From positions 2,820,209 to 2,860,208 of the forward strand of contig CP070751.1 of the NCBI GenBank assembly GCA_020348445.1: DNA of 40,000 bases, given 5' to 3'. Made by a program: the position numbers and the translations under genes. This document shows, piece by piece, positions 1-8,906 of this stretch (position 1 is its first letter; every line of letters starts with the position of its first letter). Source of the DNA: Thermoplasmata archaeon (GTDB lineage Archaea; Thermoplasmatota; Thermoplasmata; GCA-020350865). A model generated the notes under the pieces. The model worked only from the letters and a program-made list of their open reading frames with translations, did no database searches and was not told where the DNA came from.

Positions 1-1
1 A

Positions 2-118
2 TGGAGTTGGCACTCAACAAGGATGCCTGAAGGAGCTTATGACCCCATATTAGTGATGACAGAGGGTTATCAAATATCCACTTCAAGTACCACGAAATTC
101 ACTTTTATAGGGGTGTAG
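2..118 (+). CDS. 3' end (partial) of a large exoprotein paralogous to the 25121..30757 protein
   Basis: Frame from base 2 reads WSWHSTRMPEGAYDPILVMTEGYQISTSSTTKFTFIGV* (TAG 116-118). It aligns with the C-terminus WAWHRFNMPSGAYDEVMGYAKGYQLSTSSSTTYYYVGK* of 25121..30757. Not in the ORF track. Confidence 0.8.
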   Translation, partial: WSWHSTRMPEGAYDPILVMTEGYQISTSSTTKFTFIGV

Positions 119-507
119 GAACGGATTCTCTGCATAAAACTCCTATTGACAAAATAACTTCAATAGAGATTGATGATATGTGGACAGTCGCTTCTCTGAT
201 TGTCTATACCGAAAGTCGGGTTTTATTTTTATATATAAATATAATTATACTGACTTTTAAAGGCTGAGAGACAGTTTCCAAATAAAGGGGGGAGTGTTGG
301 GAGGGAATGAGTGATTAGAACCTGATATCAAATTAATATAGCTAAAAGTATATAAAAACTTGTAAAAAGGTGGAAAAATTGAGGGTTTTAGGCCAAGTGT
401 TTGAATATTTGCTGAATATAAAAAAGAAAAAAAGATTAAGAAATATCTTGTCGAATCGCCCACATTTTTTCCCAGTAAGATTCCTTATCTCATTCATCGG
501 CACCCCT

Positions 508-849
508 CTAATCCCCTTTCGGATTCACGGTCTGGGTCTCTACCATCAGAACGATCGTTTTTTCCTCGGCTCTTGTTCGATGCTCAACTCCTTTGGGCAC
601 TGTGTACGCCTGATTTTGATCTATCTCAATTGTACCCTCTTGTAGATCTAGAAGCAGTTTTCCTGATATCACATAAAAGAATTCATCTTCATCATCATGA
701 TGATGCCAATGAAATTTACCCTCGAAGATTCCAAGTCTAACAAGAGAGTCATTCACTGAACATAATGTTGTATTGTACCATTTTTCCGAACATGCTTCTA
801 CTATACCTGGAATGTCAATGATCATTGACTGCCCATTTTTTTCACTCAA
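508..849 (-). CDS. Cupin-domain protein (cupin_2 / mannose-6-phosphate isomerase-like)
   Basis: Cupin motifs FHWHHHDDEDEFFYV and VPKGVEHRT. TTG start preceded by AGGGGTGAT RBS. Confidence 0.85.
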   Translation of the reverse strand: MSEKNGQSMIIDIPGIVEACSEKWYNTTLCSVNDSLVRLGIFEGKFHWHHHDDEDEFFYVISGKLLLDLQEGTIEIDQNQAYTVPKGVEHRTRAEEKTIVLMVETQTVNPKGD

Positions 850-1096
850 GACAAATCACCCCTATCAGTTGAAATACTGATTTGAAGAGGAGTAACAGCT
901 CGCCATTTATATGCTCTTCGGAGGTTCTTTTTGTACTAAGCATTTTGTACACCGTTTGCCAGAGAAAAGCATGTCTACCACCGAAAAAGATAAATCTTCA
1001 TATGATTATCAATACTACATATTTGGGGAGATATCGCGAGGATAGGAGCTTGACATCAGTATCAAATTAAATAAAAATCAATGGGAGGTAAAATAA

Positions 1097-2089
1097 ATGA
1101 GGGTTCGGATATGCACATATAACCTAGAAAATTTGGACGACAAGCCCGATCAATCCCCAACCCTGGCTGAACGCATCGCGATTATGCGTCCCCAGCTTTT
1201 AAGGTTGCGGGCAGATATCTTGTGCTTTCAGGAAGTGCATGGGCAAGAACACATGGGCCGAAAACGCGATATATCGGCATTAATAGACCTGCTAAGAGAA
1301 ACTCCGTATGCTAACTTCGATTTTATCGCTCATACAAAGACAACTAAAAGGGAAGCCTATGACGAACGGAATCTTGTTGTTTTGAGCAGGTTTCCAATCA
1401 CTTACACAGAACAGATAAAACATGAATACGCCCAAAAGCCCAAATATCGCAAGGTTACAGCCAGTCCTCGGGAAGAAGACTCAAAGGATATCTCATGGGA
1501 GAGGCCCATATTCTATGTAAAAATAGACCTGGGTGGGTATCGTACTCTCCACCTGATGACTTTGCACTTAAAATCGAAAATACCCACCAACATATCAGGT
1601 CAGAAAGAAAGCACCTACGTCTGGAGATCGGTTCAAGGATGGGCTGAAGGGTACTTTATCTCGTCGATGAAACGTGTGGGCCAGGCCTTGGAAGTCCGTA
1701 TATTGACAGATAGAATCTTCGACGAAGCTGAGGCTGATGGTGAAGATGCTCTTGTTGCCATATGCGGGGACTTCAACGCAGACAGCGACTCAGTCCCTGT
1801 AAATGCGATTCGCGGCCCTGTCGAGGAAACAGGAAATCCTGAGCTATCACCCAGGATTATGGTTCCCTGCGAGAACAACATTCCCGATTCTTCCCGCTAC
1901 AGTCTCTTGCACCTGGGAAGGGGAGAGATGCTGGATCATATCCTGGTTTCCCGTCCGTTATTGGGATACTTCCAGGGTGCTGAGATTCACAATGAGGTAT
2001 TACCTGACGAATCAGGTGCATTTAGGACAGATGTCAAATTTCCAGAGTCCGACCACGCACCAGTGGTGGCACAATTTGAAATTCCTTGA
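1097..2089 (+). CDS. Endonuclease/exonuclease/phosphatase (EEP) family protein, no signal peptide
   Basis: EEP motifs TYNLEN, FQEV, LHLKS, GDFN, LDHIL, SDHAP. GGGAGGT RBS. Confidence 0.9.
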   Translation: MRVRICTYNLENLDDKPDQSPTLAERIAIMRPQLLRLRADILCFQEVHGQEHMGRKRDISALIDLLRETPYANFDFIAHTKTTKREAYDERNLVVLSRFPITYTEQIKHEYAQKPKYRKVTASPREEDSKDISWERPIFYVKIDLGGYRTLHLMTLHLKSKIPTNISGQKESTYVWRSVQGWAEGYFISSMKRVGQALEVRILTDRIFDEAEADGEDALVAICGDFNADSDSVPVNAIRGPVEETGNPELSPRIMVPCENNIPDSSRYSLLHLGRGEMLDHILVSRPLLGYFQGAEIHNEVLPDESGAFRTDVKFPESDHAPVVAQFEIP

Positions 2090-2263
2090 TGTAAGGGACC
2101 AATGAACATAATTTAGAGAGCTTGTGTCTTAGATGCAATCATGTAGACGAAACCATCAAAATAGGGATTATGTGCTTCACCCATAACTCACATTATCCTT
2201 AGAAACTTGTTTGGCATAAAAATCATATCTTGCATTATTGATGCGGCTTATCAAATTTTTTTT

Positions 2264-2411
2264 TCAAATCCCGTACTTCTTAAAAAAGTCCTCGATATCC
2301 ACATTTCCACCGCTAAGAATCACACCAATCCTTTTACCCTTTACATCCACTGCCCCTTTCAAAAGACCAGCCAAAGAAATAGCACCTGAAGGCTCCAAAA
2401 CGAGCTTCAAT
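2264..2411 (-). pseudogene. Orphan 3' fragment of the threonine/serine dehydratase gene with an alternative C-terminus
   Basis: Reads LKLVLEPSGAISLAGLLKGAVDVKGKRIGVILSGGNVDIEDFFKKYGI* (TGA 2264-2266). Matches the end of 4155..5129 and has no start or 5' part. Confidence 0.85.
2298..2411. repeat. 114-bp direct repeat, copy 1 (copy 2 at 4204..4317)
   Basis: Direct alignment with 4204..4317 at offset 1906 bp gives 3 mismatches in 114 bp. Confidence 0.95.
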
Positions 2412-2490
2412 ACGTTTTTATGGGGTTCTCACTGGCCTTTATCCGGCACTTTAATCTATAGTTTACTTCTAAAGAGCGTATGGTTATCAG

Positions 2491-3894
2491 TTAATACTCC
2501 ACCATCTTGGGGAGTGTCTTGGCCTCGATAACCCATTTACGGACATCGTCTATGGTTGGTTTTACTGTAATAATGGATTTTCCTGTGATGTTGTAAGGTG
2601 TGATACTGTTGTTGAAGAGATTATCAGGATTGCGGATTGCAAGTTCTGGAACAGAATCGACACCTACGGACTCGAGAAGCACGGCAAAGCCCTCGGAAAC
2701 TGTGGTTATTCTCATCAGATCCATATAGTTAGCCAAGTCATTTATCCGTTGGCTTTTTAAGCCTGTTTCTTTTCTCAGCTGTTCTCTTAGTTCGGGTGTC
2801 AAAACCCGCTTCAAAAGATCAGCAGTTGTCTGTATATCTGCACTTGTCAAGCTCATTTTCTCTTTTGTAGAAAAGAGTTCCATATCTAAGATTGTTGTTA
2901 TTTTAGTGGGGGGTTCGGTTGATGGAGGTCCAATTACAGGTTGCGTTTCAATGCCAGTTCCAAATGCTGCCCATAATACCCTATGATCTGAGATGTGATT
3001 TTTTACAAAATCTTTAAACTCACCTTCTGGAACATTATTCCAAAGATCAGGGAAAAGGGCGTCATCAAAGTCAAACACACCTGATAGTTCCTGGAATTCT
3101 TCATCTGTATTGTCAGGGAAGAAAGCAATTTGGTCGTAATCCTTCAATCCATCCAGGGATGTTCCCATCTCAGTTGGATACTTTGGGAGTCTCAATCCAA
3201 ACTCCTCGAGCTGTTGATAGATTGGATCAGATTCCTTCATTTTCGGTAGGTTGAAATCCCCGAGCAGGATGATATCGGAGTCGTAAACATTGCGGCTTTT
3301 AACCCGGGTTCCAGCCCATTTGGCAAGAGCAAAGGTCTCTAGAAGGCGTCGGTTGTATCCCTCGCTTCCCACGGTGGCACTCCCGTAATAGGTGTGAACA
3401 TTCACAAGCACGAATCCAAATTCCCCGGCCTGGAAGGAGACCTGAAAAGGATTCCTGTTAAATCCAACAAATTCCTGCTGGATATTCGGTAGTGCGATCT
3501 TCTCCCTCTCATAATCAAGCAGAACCAGTTCACCTGCAAGTTCAGTGGGTTTGACTATATTTGTGTCATAGATATATGCCAGTCGCTCGGTATTTCCTGC
3601 CCTGTCAGTGAAGATTACCTTGTAATTAGCAGGCAAATACTGCATAACAGAGCGCAATCCGCCCAAGTTGTCCTTGACCTCCTGGATAGCCACTATATCA
3701 AAAGGCTTGATGATTTCGGCGATAAGCCGATAATCCTTTTGATCCCTTATGCTACTTCCCCCTGTTAGCTGTCTGATATTCCAAGTGGCTACAAGCACCT
3801 TATCCGGTGATTTCTGTGGGATTTTCCTGTGCACCTGGTGTATGCGTATGTGGTCTAACTCATCATTCAAATCATATGTGTATTCATCTACCAT
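2491..3894 (-). CDS. EEP-family nuclease/phosphatase fused to C-terminal DUF4332-like domain
   Basis: EEP motifs TWNIRQ, IQEVKD, NVH, GDFN, YDQI, SDHR. Pro/Thr linker, then DUF4332-like DLMRI...LLESVGVDSVPELAIRNPDNL...WVIEAK. Start moved to ATG 3894 (GAGGAGG RBS). Confidence 0.85.
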   Translation of the reverse strand: MVDEYTYDLNDELDHIRIHQVHRKIPQKSPDKVLVATWNIRQLTGGSSIRDQKDYRLIAEIIKPFDIVAIQEVKDNLGGLRSVMQYLPANYKVIFTDRAGNTERLAYIYDTNIVKPTELAGELVLLDYEREKIALPNIQQEFVGFNRNPFQVSFQAGEFGFVLVNVHTYYGSATVGSEGYNRRLLETFALAKWAGTRVKSRNVYDSDIILLGDFNLPKMKESDPIYQQLEEFGLRLPKYPTEMGTSLDGLKDYDQIAFFPDNTDEEFQELSGVFDFDDALFPDLWNNVPEGEFKDFVKNHISDHRVLWAAFGTGIETQPVIGPPSTEPPTKITTILDMELFSTKEKMSLTSADIQTTADLLKRVLTPELREQLRKETGLKSQRINDLANYMDLMRITTVSEGFAVLLESVGVDSVPELAIRNPDNLFNNSITPYNITGKSIITVKPTIDDVRKWVIEAKTLPKMVEY

Positions 3895-4154
3895 TTTATC
3901 CCTCCTCAGTTTTATCTTTGAATAGCTTCCCTTCATATATTTGTTATTTTACTCGTCAATTACGGGAGAATTAGGTTGCCAGTCCATTAAATGGAGCTTA
4001 CCCCTAATTACGCAGCTATTCGATTGATAATTGTATTAATACAAGAAATAATTTTCGGTGGAACTCCTACATATCTAATTTTCAAATAGAAGAAGATTTA
4101 TAGATTTTCAATCGAAATGAACTAAGTTCGGGGAGGAATTGGAGCCGATATCCT

Positions 4155-5129
4155 TCACCCGATACATTTATCTGAAATATACTTTTTAAAGAAACCTTCA
4201 AGGTCCACATTTCCACCGCTAAGAATCACACCAACCCTTTTACCCTTTACATCCACTGCCCCTTTCAAAAGACCAGCCAAAGAAACAGCACCTGAAGGCT
4301 CCAAAACGAACTTCAATTCCTCCCATATGAACCGCATGGCTCCTACGATCTCCTCCTCTGATACAAGTACGATATCATCAACGTTCTCTCTTATAATATC
4401 GAAGGTCTTTTGGCTCAAAGAGGTTCTCAGGCCATCGGCAATTGTATCGGTATTAACATTGGGGACCAGTTTTCCGGTTGTAAACGAGAGATATGCATCG
4501 TTTGCCAGTTTGGGCTCCACTCCTATTACCTTGATATTTGGAAGCATACCTTTTGCCGCGATGGACGTTCCGGAAATTAATCCACCCCCTCCGATAGGAC
4601 AGAAGATATAATCGAGTTCTTTTACCTCATCTATCAGCTCGTAAACACCGGTACCCGCCCCTGCGATGACATCATCGTTGTCATATGGATGAATGATTTT
4701 GTATCCTGAATTTGCAATAATTTCTTCAGTGGTTCTAATCCTGTCTTCGAGGGTTGGTTTACACATTACAACCTCTGCACCATACTCTCTTGCCGCATGG
4801 ATTTTCACCTCAGATGAATTTGAAGGCATAACCACAACACATGAAATGGAAAACAACCTGGCTGCAAGTGCAAGGGCCTGAGCATGATTGCCGCTGGAAT
4901 GGGCTATCACTCCCCTTGCCCTTTCCTTGGGTGAAAGCAGAAAAACAGCGTTGTAGGCACCACGAAATTTGAATGAGCCAGTCCTCTGGAAGTTCTCGCA
5001 TTTCAGATATATAGATGCACTTTTAAGCTCATTTAATGCCTTTGATGTGGAAACAGGTGTGACATTGGCAATTTCCTTTAATCTCTTGTAAGCCTCTTCT
5101 ATATGCGTTATATCCATCAATTTTCTCAT
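4155..5129 (-). CDS. ilvA: PLP-dependent threonine/serine dehydratase (short form, no ACT domain; serine racemase-like)
   Basis: KCENFQRTGSFKFRGA (PLP lysine), SSGNHAQ, GGGGLISG, EPSGA, SGGN. Confidence 0.85.
   Translation of the reverse strand: MRKLMDITHIEEAYKRLKEIANVTPVSTSKALNELKSASIYLKCENFQRTGSFKFRGAYNAVFLLSPKERARGVIAHSSGNHAQALALAARLFSISCVVVMPSNSSEVKIHAAREYGAEVVMCKPTLEDRIRTTEEIIANSGYKIIHPYDNDDVIAGAGTGVYELIDEVKELDYIFCPIGGGGLISGTSIAAKGMLPNIKVIGVEPKLANDAYLSFTTGKLVPNVNTDTIADGLRTSLSQKTFDIIRENVDDIVLVSEEEIVGAMRFIWEELKFVLEPSGAVSLAGLLKGAVDVKGKRVGVILSGGNVDLEGFFKKYISDKCIG
4204..4317. repeat. 114-bp direct repeat, copy 2 (inside the dehydratase 3' end)
   Basis: See 2298..2411. Confidence 0.95.
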
Positions 5130-5330
5130 GCTCCATATTTATCCCATTATATAATAGGCACGGGGATTATTGATTCTCTCATCTATAACCTTTGCTTACT
5201 CCCAAATAGGCTCATAAGTCCACTGAAAGCCACTTATTATCTGCACTCCGATTTTCGAATTATTATGAGAAACAGAGTGCGAAAGCAAATTATTAAAACA
5301 GAAAAGACATATCCATTTTAGGGTCAAGAT

Positions 5331-5852
5331 ATGGTAAAGTACATTTTTGTGGAATGCCCAGGTTGTAAAGCACACTTAAAACTACATGAAGATTTAGAGA
5401 GGGCATTTTGTAAACACTGCGGTAAGAATTTCATAATCCCAAGGGAAAGCACCCCAATCCAAGAGGTAAAAGATTCAAGAATATGTCCCTTATGCAGAGG
5501 TCACAAAACAATAAGATGTATGGGAATAGAAAACCTAGAAATAAAAAGTGGATTTAAAACATATGAGATCTTTGTGGAGGGCTGTTATGGGGATGGAAAA
5601 TGTCAAGTCTTTTGCTTCCCAGAGACCTCAGAGGGTTATAACAATTATTGTTCACATGGAAAATGTGCATGGTGTAAGGGAACTGGGAAAAAATTGTTTA
5701 AATTATGTCCTTTTTGCGAGGGGACAGGAGATTGTCGATTTTGTCTTGGATCTGGAAGATGTAAAATTTGCTATGGAAGAGGGGAAATAAGATGTAAAAC
5801 TTGCGATGGCAGGGGTATGATTAAGAACCACGGAAGACGACTAAGACGATAG
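5331..5852 (+). CDS. Cys-rich protein: N-terminal zinc ribbon plus DnaJ-type CxxCxGxG zinc-finger repeats, no J domain
   Basis: 21 Cys in 173 aa. CPGC..CKHC ribbon and five CxxCxGxG repeats (CAWCKGTG, CPFCEGTG, CRFCLGSG, CKICYGRG, CKTCDGRG). No HPD motif. Confidence 0.75.
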   Translation: MVKYIFVECPGCKAHLKLHEDLERAFCKHCGKNFIIPRESTPIQEVKDSRICPLCRGHKTIRCMGIENLEIKSGFKTYEIFVEGCYGDGKCQVFCFPETSEGYNNYCSHGKCAWCKGTGKKLFKLCPFCEGTGDCRFCLGSGRCKICYGRGEIRCKTCDGRGMIKNHGRRLRR

Positions 5853-5857
5853 CTTGT

Positions 5858-8098
5858 TTAACGCTGAATGGATTCTACCTCAATACAGATTATGGGAAGG
5901 TCAGGCTCGTCGCCATCTGGAATCGTTAAATCCAACTGACCAACTTCGTTTAAGTCTTCTAAATCGTTCATTTTTAACAGTACATTGGACAGCGTGTACA
6001 GTGTATCTTGGATGTAAAAGGATCTTTTGATGGTTCGATCGTAGCAATAATTATAATTTGTTTGATCCTCAGAATCATCATAGTGATCGATTATATCCTT
6101 CAATACGAAGCCATTTTCCAAAGAAATATCGAACACATACGCACCGTGCCAGGAATAGTTAAGCCTGACAGGTACAACCAAAAGGTTCTTTTCCTTGCAG
6201 AATAAGAACGCATGTGGATCATATTCTGCAGACGAACTCGAGTATCTGCTTCCAATTACGTACTTCGATATCTCCTTTGGATTCGCAACATCGGTGACAT
6301 CAAACAGGGATAGCTTTACACCCAGAATCCCCCTCCCATCCTCTGGTGTTTCCTTTCCAAGCCCTATTACATGATTTTCGTCATATGGATGTAGATAGTT
6401 AGAGAAACCTGGTATTTTCAATTCACCCAATATTTTGGGGGCTTTGGGATCTGATAGATCAATGACGAAAAAGGGATCCACCCTTCTGAATGTGACAAGG
6501 TAGGCCCGAGCACCCATGTATCTTACTGAATAAATCTGCTCCCCAGGTGCTATATTTGTGACATTGCCCACAACATCCAGGTCCAAATCCAACACGTAAA
6601 CACCATTTGAACCACCCCATGTGCCAGTTGCTATTCTAAAATTGCCTTCGTATTCGTCCATTGAGAATCGATTCAAAATATAACCAGGGACGTCCCCAGT
6701 TGCCTCGTACATTATTTCACCGTCGTGGATTGAAATCCTATGAATGACGGTTTTTTGACTATAATTGACGTACTCAGTATAAGTGAGGTAGATATTGCCC
6801 ATGGATACATACACCTCAGAGGACGACCTCATGAGTACGACCTTTGAATTGGGCTCTTTTTCAGGCTCTAAAATATCTATGGACATTATTGTTGTGAGCC
6901 AATGCGAATATTGGCTGTAAGGATTGCCTAGGCTGTCGAAGTAGTATATATCTTCTGCAGAAACAGGCAGATCCCAACATTGCATGTTACTGTTTATGTA
7001 TTGCCTGATGATAAGATACAAATGCTCTCCAATCATCCTTGACTGTCCAAGATCGCCCTTCCAGCTGTGAGTTTTCAATAATTCAGGAGCTTGTTTGTCC
7101 TCTACATCATATATTTCGATGAATGTTGATAAGTAGGATAGATAATTGAAATAGTAATAACCTCCAATATCCAGGATTATTGACTCACCAATGCCTACTT
7201 CTGTGTCATCCCAATATATTGGCAACGGATCGATGTTATATATCTGCCTCGTACCCAATACAACGAGTCTATCCTCTTGGATATATATCTCTCTTATTGA
7301 TCCTGCTGTCTTTATAATCGACACGATCCTTGCATCCTCGGGAGGATAAACCTCGGCAATAAGAATGCTATCCCTGTCCTTTGAAAGGATATATGCGTGC
7401 TTGCCATCATTTTTTACGATATCACCCTCGTCGACTCCGTATACCTGAACGTTTGTTGTGGAATGCTCTATTTGTGATGATGTAGATACTGAGAGGTCTT
7501 GGTCATATGTATCCAATGAAATACTGGTCGTGGTCCCCTCCAAGGTAACGGTGCCAACACCTCGAAATAATACTGGGCCATCAACCCAGGGATCGTTCCA
7601 ATAGTAGCGCCCCTGCATGGTGTGTTTTTCCATATAACTCTTAAATTCTTCAAATGATGCAAATCTCTTGACATGTTCTGAACTCTCTTGATTGGCAAAC
7701 AGAGAGTAAGGAGATGTATCACCATTTTCCTCTCCTTCATCGATCTCTTCGTTTTTATCGTCAGGAGATTCGTTGTCGCCTTCTGGTTTTTCAGACCAGA
7801 TGAAAGGAAAGTCAAAATATCCATGATCTTCTTGGTCTTCATTATGAATTTCCATATCATCCATTATTAAATCTCTAATATCACTTGGGACCCTGAGATA
7901 GATTATTTTATCGTTGCTCCTTACGGCAATATAATCTGAATCTGCGAATTGGCCATCCTCGTCATACGGGATGCCGGTATCTGACATATTTTCTTCAGAA
8001 ACTGAACTTGTGATGTTCATATTTCCCAATGTCATATTTGCAAAAAGTAGCGTGCTTATGAGGAGAATCCCCAATATGATCATTTTTTTGCTCAACAT
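5858..8098 (-). CDS. Secreted beta-propeller domain protein (Beta_propel / COG4880-like)
   Basis: Signal peptide MLSKKMIILGILLISTLLFA. Family motifs STTNVQVYGVDEGDIVKNDG, LNRFSMDEY, GEQIYSVRY, TFRRVDPFFVIDL, GELKIPGFSNYLHP. Start moved to ATG 8098 (GGTGA RBS). Confidence 0.85.
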   Translation of the reverse strand: MLSKKMIILGILLISTLLFANMTLGNMNITSSVSEENMSDTGIPYDEDGQFADSDYIAVRSNDKIIYLRVPSDIRDLIMDDMEIHNEDQEDHGYFDFPFIWSEKPEGDNESPDDKNEEIDEGEENGDTSPYSLFANQESSEHVKRFASFEEFKSYMEKHTMQGRYYWNDPWVDGPVLFRGVGTVTLEGTTTSISLDTYDQDLSVSTSSQIEHSTTNVQVYGVDEGDIVKNDGKHAYILSKDRDSILIAEVYPPEDARIVSIIKTAGSIREIYIQEDRLVVLGTRQIYNIDPLPIYWDDTEVGIGESIILDIGGYYYFNYLSYLSTFIEIYDVEDKQAPELLKTHSWKGDLGQSRMIGEHLYLIIRQYINSNMQCWDLPVSAEDIYYFDSLGNPYSQYSHWLTTIMSIDILEPEKEPNSKVVLMRSSSEVYVSMGNIYLTYTEYVNYSQKTVIHRISIHDGEIMYEATGDVPGYILNRFSMDEYEGNFRIATGTWGGSNGVYVLDLDLDVVGNVTNIAPGEQIYSVRYMGARAYLVTFRRVDPFFVIDLSDPKAPKILGELKIPGFSNYLHPYDENHVIGLGKETPEDGRGILGVKLSLFDVTDVANPKEISKYVIGSRYSSSSAEYDPHAFLFCKEKNLLVVPVRLNYSWHGAYVFDISLENGFVLKDIIDHYDDSEDQTNYNYCYDRTIKRSFYIQDTLYTLSNVLLKMNDLEDLNEVGQLDLTIPDGDEPDLPIICIEVESIQR

Positions 8099-8210
8099 GT
8101 ATTTCACCATGATTAAAATCTCATTTAATATAAAAAGTATTTTTGGCACGTTCGTCAAAATGTTTACACGTTCCTCAAAATGTGATTTTCTACCTCGAAT
8201 GGGATTCAAT

Positions 8211-8447
8211 TTAAAATCTGGTTGTTAGATATGGAGGAGGGCTCGCTTTTTGTTTGATCTCTTGGATCGTTTTAAGCCCGTAGGTTCGAATTTCTCTGTT
8301 GCCCTGAAAATCAATTATCTGAGATATTGCGGGAATCGATTTAGGCCCGTAGGCTGCTAGATTATAGATTATGCTGTTTACGATTTTAAGGTCTTTTGTT
8401 TCGAACCCGATTTCCTTTAGTTTTTCTATTTCCTCTTCCTGTGTCAC
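8211..8447 (-). CDS. Small hypothetical helical protein (78 aa)
   Basis: GTG start with GGGGGAG RBS. Amphipathic helical pattern and not overlapped by a better ORF. Confidence 0.55.
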   Translation of the reverse strand: MTQEEEIEKLKEIGFETKDLKIVNSIIYNLAAYGPKSIPAISQIIDFQGNREIRTYGLKTIQEIKQKASPPPYLTTRF

Positions 8448-8705
8448 TTTACTGCTCCCCCCTAAGGACTCTTATAGGAAGATATTGATTTACAAACCTA
8501 ATAAAGCTTTGTATTAATATCATAGGATCAATCCTAATAAATCCAGAATTTGTTAAATTTTAGTAATTTCATGTGATATTTTGACAAAATGATTCCTTTC
8601 CTTCCCACTAGGAGAATAACTCATATTTTAATCTTATTTAATGCAATCCGAGAGAAGAAATCCCTGTTATAGAGGTGGAGTTTATCTATCTAGATTATAT
8701 GATTC

Positions 8706-8906
8706 TCAGGGTTTCCTCTTTTTCGGATGGGTGACAACTCTATAGGGAATCACGAGTTTCGGGCTTTTTTCCCTGTAATATATGGCCCATTTTGGACCAC
8801 CCTTTCTGTGTAAAATCACCCACTTATCCATTAGTTCAGCCTTACCCCAATTCTGGAGTTCATTTCCCGGAGTTTTTATTGTCAATTTTTTCATCACAGA
8901 TACCAT
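8706..8906 (-). CDS. Possible small basic protein (62-66 aa)
   Basis: Best ORF in an AT-rich gap, with TATA-like TTTATATT on the minus strand about 40 nt upstream. No recognisable family. Confidence 0.35.
   Translation of the reverse strand: MVSVMKKLTIKTPGNELQNWGKAELMDKWVILHRKGGPKWAIYYREKSPKLVIPYRVVTHPKKRKP

Noticed and set aside
171-253. Possible box C/D sRNA (TGATGA at 171, CTGA at 196 and 250)
   Set aside because: No C' box, spacing too long, and the second half is very AT-rich. Short motifs like these are expected by chance.
257-645. ORFs 257..463 (-) and 370..645 (+)
   Set aside because: Low-complexity AT-rich translations with no RBS or family motif. The second overlaps the cupin gene antisense.
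2207-2531. Plus-strand ORFs 2207..2389 and 2238..2531
   Set aside because: Antisense shadows of the duplicated ilvA fragment.
3895-3936. Longer N-termini from the ORF track (also 8099-8209, 12624-12671, 20483-20527, 38351-38407)
   Set aside because: Downstream ATGs have a better RBS or promoter context and place the family motif or signal peptide at the N-terminus.
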